A stretch of 23,077 nucleotides of DNA from Utricularia gibba (lineage: Eukaryota; Plantae; Magnoliophyta). The translations under genes were made by a program, and so were the position numbers. Shown here piece by piece: positions 13,405-23,077 of this stretch. Under the pieces are notes generated by a model that saw only the letters and a list, made by a program, of their open reading frames with translations, had not been told where the DNA came from and searched no databases. The first letter of the stretch is position 1, and the number at the start of each line of letters is the position of its first letter. The DNA lies in the NCBI GenBank assembly GCA_002189035.1, contig NEEC01000491.1:1-23077 (forward strand), given 5' to 3'.

Positions 13405-13751
13405 AGAGCTTGTTCAGAGATCGCCTCGAAAACCCATACTTCACGTCATCCAATAAAACGCAGATGTTTTGCAAGGCGAAAATCACAATCGGGTCGATTC
13501 TCGTGTTCCGAGTCGCATCGTCGCGAACGTGGTGGCCAATTTGTGGCACATCTGAAGGCTAAGATAAGGCGATAATTCGAGCTTTGATGCATCCTCGGAC
13601 GAAGAAGCTTTCAACACGGAAGCTGACCGGCACGGAAAGGGGTTCGAAACGGTATGCCGGGCGCAGCATGACTCATCACGGTTTTCAGGATATGGCCGAA
13701 ATACCGAACGGTGTGCGAGGCCACCATGAGGCTGCGGGTAGGGACACACCC
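13405..13751. repeat. Representative full-length consensus monomer (copy 40, 347 bp)
   Basis: This copy has none of the sporadic deletions seen elsewhere. Hand count: A93 C85 G98 T71 (52.7% GC), 31 CpG, 9 TpA. It has single HindIII (AAGCTT), NsiI (ATGCAT), BstBI (TTCGAA), NruI (TCGCGA) and MscI (TGGCCA) sites. Confidence 0.93.
13406..13578. repeat. Putative degenerate half-monomer A (173 bp) of the 347-bp unit
   Basis: It begins GAGCTT-N15-CGAA-N11-CACG, in exact register with the half starting at 13579; further short anchors recur at offsets of 173-177. Confidence 0.5.
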
Positions 13752-13752
13752 A
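13579..13752. repeat. Putative degenerate half-monomer B (174 bp) of the 347-bp unit
   Basis: It begins GAGCTT-N15-CGAA-N11-CACG and ends TGAGGCT-N19 before the next GAGCTT; half A ends TGAAGGCT-N18 before GAGCTT. Confidence 0.5.
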
Positions 13753-16700
13753 GAGCTTGTTCAGAGATCGCCTCGAAAACCCATACTTCACGTCACCCAA
13801 TAAAACGCAGATGTTTTGCAAGGCGAAAATCACAATCGCGTCGATTCTCGTTTTCCGAGTCGCATCGTCGCGAACGTGGTGGCCAATTTGTGGCACATCT
13901 GAAGGCTAAGATAAGGCGATAATTCGAGCTCTGATGCTCTCGGACGAAGCTTTCAACACGGAAGCTGACCGGCACGGAAAGGGGTTCGAAACGGTATGCC
14001 GGGCGCAGCATGACTCATCACGGTTTTCAGGATATGGCCGAAATACCGAACGGTGTGCGAGGCCACCATGAGGCTGCAGTAGGGACACACCCAGAGCTTG
14101 TTCAGAGATCGCCTCGAAAACCCATACTTCACGTCATCCAATAAAACGCAGATGTTTTGCAAGCGAAAATCACAATCGCGTCGATTCTCGTGTTCCGAGT
14201 CGCATCGTCGCGAACGTGGTGGCCAATTTGTGGCACATCTGAAGGCTAAGATAAGGCGATAATTCGAGCTTTGATGCATCCTCGGACGAAGAAGCTTTCA
14301 ACACGGAAGCTGACCGGCACGGAAAGGGGTTCGAAACGGTATGCCGGGCGCAGCTGACTCATCACGGTTTTCAGGATATGGCCGAAATACCGAACGGTGT
14401 GCGAGGCCACCATGAGGCTGCAGGTAGGGACACACCCAGAGCTTGTTCAGAGATCGCCTCGAAAACCCATACTTCACGTCATCCAATAAAACGCAGATGT
14501 TTGCAAACCGAAAATCACAATCGGGTCGATTCTCGTTTTCCGAGTCGCATCGTCGCGAACGTGGTGGCCAATTTGTGGCACATCTGAAGGCTAAGATAAG
14601 GCGATAATTCGAGCTTTGATGCATCCTCGGACGAAGAAGCTTTCAACACGGAAGCTGACCGGCACGGAAAGGGGTTCGAAACGGTATGCCGGGCGCAGCA
14701 TGACTCATCACGGTTTTCAGGATATGGCCGAAATACCGAACGGTGTGCGAGGCCACCATGAGGCTGCAGTAGGGACACACCAGAGCTTGTTCAGAGATCG
14801 CCTCGAAAACCCATACTTCACGTCACCAATAAACTGTTTTGCAAGCGAAAATCACAATCGCGTCGATTCTCGTGTTCCGAGTCGCATCGTCGCGAACGTG
14901 GTGGCCAATTTGTGGCACATCTGAAGGCTAAGATAAGGCGATAATTCGAGCTTTGATGCATCCTCGGACGAAGAAGCTTTCAACACGGAAGCTGACCGGC
15001 ACGGAAAGGGGTTCGAAACGGTATGCCGGGCGCAGCTTGACTCATCACGGTTTTCAGGATATGGCCGAAATACCGAACGGTGTGCGAGGCCACCATGAGG
15101 CTGCAGTAGGGACACACCCAGAGCTTGTTCAGAGATCGCCTCGAAAACCCATACTTCACGTCATCCAATAAAACGCAGATGTTTTGCAAGGCGAAAATCA
15201 CAATCGCGTCGATTCTCGTGTTCCGAGTCGCATCGTCGCGAACGTGGTGGCCAATTTGTGGCACATCTGAAGGCTAAGATAAGGCGATAATTCGAGCTTT
15301 GATGCATCCTCGGACGAAGAAGCTTTCAACACGGAAGCTGACCGGCACGGAAAGGGGTTCGAAACGGTATGCCGGGCGCAGCATGACTCATCACGGTTTT
15401 CAGGATATGGCCGAAATACCGAACGGTGTGCGAGGCCACCATGAGGCTGCGGGTAGGAACACACCAGAGCTTGTTCAGAGATCGCCTCGAAAACCCATAC
15501 TTCACGTCATCCCAATAAAACGCAGATGTTTTGCAAGCGAAAATCACAATCGCGTCGATTCTCGTGTTCCGAGTCGCATCGTCGCGAACGTGGTGGCCAA
15601 TTTGTGGCACATCTGAAGGCTAAGATAAGGCGATAATTCGAGCTTTGATGCATCCTCGGACGAAGAAGCTTTCAACACGGAAGCTGACCGGCACGGAAAG
15701 GGGTTCGAACGGTATGCCGGGCAGCATGACTCATCACGGTTTTCAGGATATGGCCGAAATACCGAACGGTGTGCGAGGCCACCATGAGGCTGCAGTAGGG
15801 ACACACCGAGCTTGTTCAGAGATCGCCTCGAAAACCCATACTTCACGTCATCCAATAAAACGCAGATGTTTTGCAAGGCGAAAATCACAATCGCGTCGAT
15901 TCTCGTGTTCCGAGTCGCATCGTCGCGAACGTGGTGGCCAATTTGTGGCACATAAAGGCTAAGATAAGGCGATAATTCGAGCTTTGATGCATCTCGGACG
16001 AAGAAGCTTTCAACACGGAAGCTGACCGGCACGGAAAGGGGTTCGAAACGGTATGCCGGGCGCAGCTTGACTCATCACGGTTTTCAGGATATGGCCGAAA
16101 TACCGAACGGTGTGCGAGGCCACCATGAGGCTGCAGTAGGGACACACCCAGAGCTTGTTCAGAGATCGCCTCGAAAACCCATACTTCACGTCATCCCAAT
16201 AAAACGCAGATGTTTTGCAAGGCGAAAATCACAATCGGGTCGATTCTCGTGTTCCGAGTCGCATCGTCGCGAACGTGGTGGCCAATTTGTGGCACATCTG
16301 AAGGCTAAGATAAGGCGATAATTCGAGCTTTGATGCATCCTCGGACGAAGAAGCTTTCAACACGGAAGCTGACCGGCACGGAAAGGGGTTCGAAACGGTA
16401 TGCCGGGCGCAGCTGACTCATCACGGTTTTCAGGATATGGCCGAAATACCGAACGGTGTGCGAGGCCACCATGAGGCTGCGGGTAGGGACACACCCAGAG
16501 CTTGTTCAGAGATCGCCTCGAAAACCCATACTTCACGTCACCCAATAAAACGCAGATGTTTTGCAACCGAAAATCACAATCGGGTCGATTCTCGTTTTCC
16601 GAGTCGCATCGTCGCGAACGTGGTGGCCAATTTGTGGCACATCTGAAGGCTAAGATAAGGCGATAATTCGAGCTTTGATGCATCCTCGGACGAAGAAGCT

Positions 16701-19700
16701 TTCAACACGGAAGCTGACCGGCACGGAAAGGGGTTCGAAACGGTATGCCGGGCGCAGCATGACTCATCACGGTTTTCAGGATATGGCCGAAATACCGAAC
16801 GGTGTGCGAGGCCACCATGAGGCTGCAGTAGGGACACACCCAGAGCTTGTTCAGAGATCGCCTCGAAAACCCATACTTCACGTCATCCAATAAAACGCAG
16901 ATGTTTTGCAAGGCGAAAATCACAATCGCGTCGATTCTCGTGTTCCGAGTCGCATCGTCGCGAACGTGGTGGCCAATTTGTGGCACATCTGAAGGCTAAG
17001 ATAAGGCGATAATTCGAGCTTTGATGCATCCTCGGACGAAGAAGCTTTCAACACGGAAGCTGACCGGCACGGAAAGGGGTTCGAAACGGTATGCCGGGCG
17101 CAGCTGACTCATCACGGTTTTCAGGATATGGCCGAAATACCGAACGGTGTGCGAGGCCACCATGAGGCTGCAGGTAGGGACACACCCAGAGCTTGTTCAG
17201 AGATCGCCTCGAAAACCCATACTTCACGTCATCCAATAAAACGCACATGTTTTGCAAGGCGAAAATCACAATCGGGTCGATTCTCGTGTTCCGAGTCGCA
17301 TCGTCGCGAACGTGGTGGCCAATTTGTGGCACATCTGAAGGCTAAGATAAGGCGATAATTCGAGCTTTGATGCATCTCGGACGAAGAAGCTTTCAACACG
17401 GAAGCTGACCGGCACGGAAAGGGGTTCGAAACGGTATGCCGGGCGCAGCATGACTCATCACGGTTTTCAGGATATGGCCGAAATACCGAACGGTGTGCGA
17501 GGCCACCATGAGGCTGCAGTAGGGACACACCAGAGCTTGTTCAGAGATCGCCTCGAAAACCCATACTTCACGTCACCCAATAAAACGCAGATGTTTTGCA
17601 AGCCGAAAATCACAATCGGTCGATTCTCGTGTTCCGAGTCGCATCGTCGCGAACGTGGTGGCCAATTTGTGGCACATCTGAAGGCTAAGATAAGGCGATA
17701 ATTCGAGCTTTGATGCATCCTCGGACGAAGAAGCTTTCAACACGGAAGCTGACCGGCACGGAAAGGGGTTCGAAACGGTATGCCGGGCGCAGCATGACTC
17801 ATCACGGTTTCAGGATATGGCCGAAATACCGAACGGTGTGCGAGGCCACATGAGGCTGCAGTAGGACACACCCAGAGCTTGTTCAGAGATCGCCTCGAAA
17901 ACCCATACTTCACGTCATCCAATAAAACGCAGATGTTTTGCAAAAAATCACAATCGCGTCGATTCTCGTTTTCCGAGTCGCATCGTCGCGAACGTGGTGG
18001 CCAATTTGTGGCACATCTGAAGGCTAAGATAAGGCGATAATTCGAGCTTTGATGCATCCTCGGACGAAGAAGCTTTCAACACGGAAGCTGACCGGCACGG
18101 AAAGGGGTTCGAAACGGTATGCCGGGCGCAGCTGACTCATCACGGTTTTCAGGATATGGCCGAAATACCGAACGGTGTGCGAGGCCACCATGAGGCTGCA
18201 CGTAGGGACACACCCAGAGCTTGTTCAGAGATCGCCTCGAAAACCCATACTTCACGTCATCCAATAAAACGCAGATGTTTTGCAAGGCGAAAATCACAAT
18301 CGCGTCGATTCTCGTGTTCCGAGTCGCATCGTCGCGAACGTGGTGGCCAATTTGTGGCACATCTGAAGGCTAAGATAAGGCGATAATTCGAGCTTTGATG
18401 CATCTCGGACGAAGAAGCTTTCAACACGGAAGCTGACCGGCACGGAAAGGGGTTCGAAACGGTATGCCGGGCGCAGCTGACTCATCACGGTTTCAGGATA
18501 TGGCGAAATACCGAACGGTGTGCGAGGCCACCATGAGGCTGCAGGTAGGGACACACCCAGAGCTTGTTCAGAGATCGCCTCGAAAACCCATACTTCACGT
18601 CATCCAATAAAACGCAGATGTTTTGAAGCGAAAATCACAATCGCGTCGATTCTCGTTTTCCGAGTCGCATCGTCGCGAACGTGGTGGCCAATTTGTGGCA
18701 CATCTGAAGGCTAAGATAAGGCGATAATTCGAGCTTTGATGCATCCTCGGACGAAGAAGCTTTCAACACGGAAGCTGACCGGCACGGAAAGGGGTTCGAA
18801 ACGGTATGCCGGGCGCAGCATGACTCATCACGGTTTTCAGGATATGGCCGAAATACCGAACGGTGTGCGAGGCCACCATGAGGCTGCACGTAGGACACAC
18901 CCAGAGCTTGTTCAGAGATCGCCTCGAAAACCCATACTTCACGTCATCCAATAAAACGCAGATGTTTTGCAAGGCGAAAATCACAATCGCGTCGATTCTC
19001 GTGTTCCGAGTCGCATCGTCGCGAACGTGGTGGCCAATTTGTGGCACATCTGAAGGCTAAGATAAGGCGATAATTCGAGCTTTGATGCATCCTCGGACGA
19101 AGAAGCTTTCAACACGGAAGCTGACCGGCACGGAAAGGGGTTCGAAACGGTATGCCGGGCGCAGCTGACTCATCACGGTTTTCAGGATATGGCCGAAATA
19201 CCGAACGGTGTGCGAGGCCACCAGGCTGCGGGTAGGAACACACCCAGAGCTTGTTCAGAGATCGCCTCGAAAACCCATACTTCACGTCACCAATAAAACG
19301 CACATGTTTTGCAACCGAAATCACAATCGGTCGATTCTCGTTTCCGAGTCGCATCGTCGCGAACGTGGTGGCCAATTTGTGGCACATCTGAAGGCTAAGA
19401 TAAGGCGATAATTCGAGCTCTGATGCATCCTCGGACGAAGAAGCTTTCAACACGGAAGCTGACCGGCACGGAAAGGGGTTCGAAACGGTATGCCGGGCGC
19501 AGCTTGACTCATCACGGTTTTCAGGATATGGCCGAAATACCGAACGGTGTGCGAGGCCACCATGAGGCTGCAGTAGGGACACACCCAGAGCTTGTTCAGA
19601 GATCGCCTCGAAAACCCATACTTCACGTCATCCAATAAAACGCAGATGTTTTGCAAGGCGAAAATCACAATCGGTCGATTCTCGTGTTCCGAGTCGCATC

Positions 19701-22700
19701 GTCGCGAACGTGGTGGCCAATTTGTGGCACATTGAAGGCTAAGATAAGGCGATAATTCGAGCTTTGATGCATCCTCGGACGAAGAAGCTTTCAACACGGA
19801 AGACCGGCACGGAAAGGGGTTCGAAACGGTATGCCGGGCGCAGCTTGACTCATCACGGTTTTCAGGATATGGCCGAAATACCGAACGGTGTGCGAGGCCA
19901 CCATGAGGCTGCGTAGGGACACACCCAGAGCTTGTTCAGAGATCGCCTCGAAAACCCATACGTCATCCAATAAAACGCAGATGTTTTGCAAGGCAAAATC
20001 ACAATCGGTCGATTCTCGTTTCCGAGTCGCATCGTCGCGAACGTGGTGGCCAATTTGTGGCACATCTGAAGGCTAAGATAAGGCGATAATTCGAGCTTGA
20101 TGCATCCTCGGACGAAGAGCTTTCAACACGGAAGCTGACCGGCACGGAAAGGGGTTCGAAACGGTATGCCGGGCGCAGCATGACTCATCACGGTTTTCAG
20201 GATATGGCCGAAATACCGAACGGTGTGCGAGGCCACCATGAGGCTGCGGTAGGACACACCCAGAGCTTGTTCAGAGATCGCCTCGAAAACCCATACTTCA
20301 CGTCATCCAATAAAACGCAGATGTTTTGCAAGGCGAAAATCACAATCGCGTCGATTCTCGTGTTCCGAGTCGCATCGTCGCGAACGTGGTGGCCAATTTG
20401 TGCACATCTGAAGGCTAAGATAAGGCGATAATTCGAGCTTTGATGCATCCTCGGACGAAGAAGCTTTCAACACGGAAGCTGACCGGCACGGAAAGGGGTT
20501 CGAAACGGTATGCGGGCGCAGCGTGACTCATCACGGTTTCAGGATATGGCGAAATACCGAACGGTGTGCGAGGCCACCATGAGGCTGCACGTAGGGACAC
20601 ACCCAGAGCTTGTTCAGAGATCGCCTCGAAAACCCATACTTCACGTCATCCAATAAAACGCAGATGTTTGCAAGGCGAAAATCACAATCGCGTCGATTCT
20701 CGTGTTCCGAGTCGCATCGTCGCGAACGTGGTGGCCAATTTGTGGCACATCTAAAGGCTAAGATAAGGCGATAATTCGAGCTTTGATGCATCCTCGGACG
20801 AAGAAGCTTTCAACACGGAAGCTGACCGGCACGGAAAGGGGTTCGAAACGGTATGCCGGGCGCAGCATGACTCATCACGGTTTTCAGGATATGGCCGAAA
20901 TACCGAACGGTGTGCGAGGCCACCATGAGGCTGCGGGTAGGACACACCCAGAGCTTGTTCAGAGATCGCCTCGAAAACCCATACTTCACGTCACCCAATA
21001 AACGCAGATGTTTTGCAAGCCGAAAATCACAATCGCGTCGATTCTCGTTTTCCGAGTCGCATCGTCGCGAACGTGGTGGCCAATTTGTGCACATCTGAAG
21101 GCTAAGATAAGGCGATAATTCGAGCTCTGATGCATCCTCGGACGAAGAAGCTTTCAACACGGAAGCTGACCGGCACGGAAAGGGGTTCGAAACGGTATGC
21201 CGGGCGCAGCTGACTCATCACGGTTTTCAGGATATGGCCGAAATACCGAACGGTGTGCGAGGCCACCATGAGGCTGCGGTAGGGACACACCCAGAGCTTG
21301 TTCAGAGATCGCCTCGAAAACCCATACTTCACGTCATCCAATAAAACGCAGATGTTTTGCAAGCGAAAATCACAATCGGTCGATTCTCGTGTTCCGAGTC
21401 GCATCGTCGCGAACGTGGTGGCCAATTTGTGGCACATCTGAAGGCTAAGATAAGGCGATAATTCGAGCTTTGATGCATCCTCGGACGAAGAAGCTTTCAA
21501 CACGGAAGCTGACCGGCACGGAAAGGGGTTCGAAACGGTATGCCGGGCGCAGCATGACTCATCACGGTTTTCAGGATATGGCCGAAATACCGAACGGTGT
21601 GCGAGGCCACCATGAGGCTGCAGTAGGACACACCCAGAGCTTGTTCAGAGATCGCCTCGAAAACCCATACTTCACGTCATCCAATAAAACGCAGATGTTT
21701 TGCAAGCGAAAATCACAATCGGGTCGATTCTCGTGTTCCGAGTCGCATCGTCGCGAACGTGGTGGCCAATTTGTGGCACATCTGAAGGCTAAGATAAGGC
21801 GATAATTCGAGCTTTGATGCATCCTCGGACGAAGAGCTTTCAACACGGAAGCTGACCGGCACGGAAAGGGGTTCGAAACGGTATGCCGGCGCAGCATGAC
21901 TCATCACGGTTTTCAGGATATGGCCGAAATACCGAACGGTGTGCGAGGCCACCATGAGGCTGCATAGGACACACCCAGAGCTTGTTCAGAGATCGCCTCG
22001 AAAACCCATACTTCACGTCATCCAATAAAACGCAGATGTTTTGCAAGGCGAAAATCACAATCGCGTCGATTCTCGTGTTCCGAGTCGCATCGTCGCGAAC
22101 GTGGTGGCCAATTTGTGGCACATCTAAGGCTAAGATAAGGCGATAATTCGAGCTTTGATGCATCCTCGGACGAAGAAGCTTTCAACACGGAAGCTGACCG
22201 GCACGGAAAGGGGTTCGAAACGGTATGCCGGGCGCAGCTTGACTCATCACGGTTTCAGGATATGGCCGAAATACCGAACGGTGTGCGAGGCCACCATGAG
22301 GCTGCGTAGGGACACACCAGAGCTTGTTCAGAGATCGCCTCGAAAACCCATACTTCACGTCACCAATAAAACACAGATGTTTTGCAAGGCGAAAATCACA
22401 ATCGCGTCGATTCTCGTTTCCGAGTCGCATCGTCGCGAACGTGGTGGCCAATTTGTGGCACATCTGAAGGCTAAGATAAGGCGATAATTCGAGCTTGATG
22501 CATCCTCGGACGAAGAAGCTTTCAACACGGAAGCTGACCGGCACGGAAAGGGTTCGAAACGGTATGCCCGGCGCAGCATGACTCATCACGGTTTTCAGGA
22601 TATGGCCGAAATACCGAACGGTGTGCGAGGCCACCATGAGGCTGCGGTAGGACACACCCAGAGCTTGTTCAGAGATCGCCTCGAAAACCCATACTTCACG

Positions 22701-23077
22701 TCATCCAATAAAACGCACATGTTTGCAAGGCGAAAATCACAATCGCGTCGATTCTCGTTTTCCGAGTCGCATCGTCGCGAACGTGGTGGCCAATTTGTGG
22801 CACATCTGAAGGCTAAGATAAGGCGATAATTCGAGCTTTGATGCATCCTCGGACGAAGAAGCTTTCAACACGGAAGCTGACCGGCACGGAAAGGGGTTCG
22901 AAACGGTATGCGGGGCGCAGCATGACTCATCACGGTTTTCAGGATATGGCCGAAATACCGAACGTGTGCGAGGCCACCATGAGGCTGCACGTAGGGACAC
23001 ACCCAGAGCTTGTTCAGAGATCGCCTCGAAAACCCATACTTCACGTCATCCAATAAAACGCAGATGTTTTGCAAGGC

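Larger units (their letters stand above)
1..23077. repeat. Tandem satellite array, ~347-bp monomer, 67 full copies plus a partial 68th, single orientation, extending beyond both window edges
   Basis: The anchor AGAGCTTGTTCAGAGATCG recurs at 1, 341, 681, 1026, 1369, 1714, 2058 ... 22319, 22660, 23005. Every interval is 335-347 bp (mean 23004/67 = 343.3), leaving no room for unique sequence or insertions. Confidence 0.98.

Noticed and set aside
13487-13499. Dyad AATCG-N3-CGATT with a variable base in its spacer, as a protein-binding site
   Set aside because: The arms are only 5 bp, which is expected by chance in a CpG-rich 347-mer.
13620-13670. tRNA gene around GGTTCGAAAC
   Set aside because: The T-stem cannot pair (AGGGG/CGGTA), the A-to-B box spacing is too short, and no acceptor or anticodon arms form.
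13640-13710. CENP-B box
   Set aside because: No match to the TTCG-N4-A-N2-CGGG core on either strand.
13600-13715. 5S rDNA tandem array (CGGAAGCT on +; CGGCCATA...CCTGAA on -)
   Set aside because: The two short resemblances are on opposite strands and do not extend. There is no Box C-like segment, no continuous ~120-nt 5S sequence and no downstream T-run terminator in position.
175-23074. The many 60-164 aa ORFs in the six-frame track as protein-coding genes
   Set aside because: All are translations of the same monomer. Their ends shift with 1-bp indels, they overlap on both strands, and none resembles a family I recognise.
1-23077. CRISPR array
   Set aside because: There are no unique spacers; the entire 347-bp unit repeats, and no cas-like ORFs are present.
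1-23077. Rolling-circle concatemer of a viroid-like or other small circular molecule (the size would fit)
   Set aside because: There is no hammerhead core (CTGANGA...GAAA) on either strand, no recognisable pospiviroid central conserved region and no evident rod-like self-complementarity. Linked haplotypes among copies do not fit copying of a single circular template. It is not formally excluded without read-level data.
1-23077. Transposon insertion, inversion, telomeric repeat or array boundary
   Set aside because: Every inter-anchor interval is 335-347 bp in the same orientation, so none is present in this window.

Overview
The whole window (1-23077) is one uninterrupted head-to-tail tandem array (satellite DNA): 67 complete copies plus a partial 68th of a 347-bp consensus monomer (about 53% GC; intact example at 13405-13751). 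All copies share one orientation. There are no spacers, inserted elements, telomeric repeats or unique flanks. I found no credible protein-coding gene, RNA gene or CRISPR array; the ORF track is the same monomer re-translated with frameshifts. Points of interest: (i) the monomer looks like an ancient dimer of ~173-bp halves; (ii) two linked monomer haplotypes exist, with hints of a local 5-monomer higher-order period and a shift in haplotype mix along the array; (iii) differences between copies are strongly skewed toward 1-bp deletions, typical of an under-polished or collapsed long-read consensus, so copy order and many differences may be artefacts; (iv) CpG is in excess rather than depleted. 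The source organism and family cannot be established from the sequence. All counts were made by hand. I do not see evidence for a novel gene-encoded system here.
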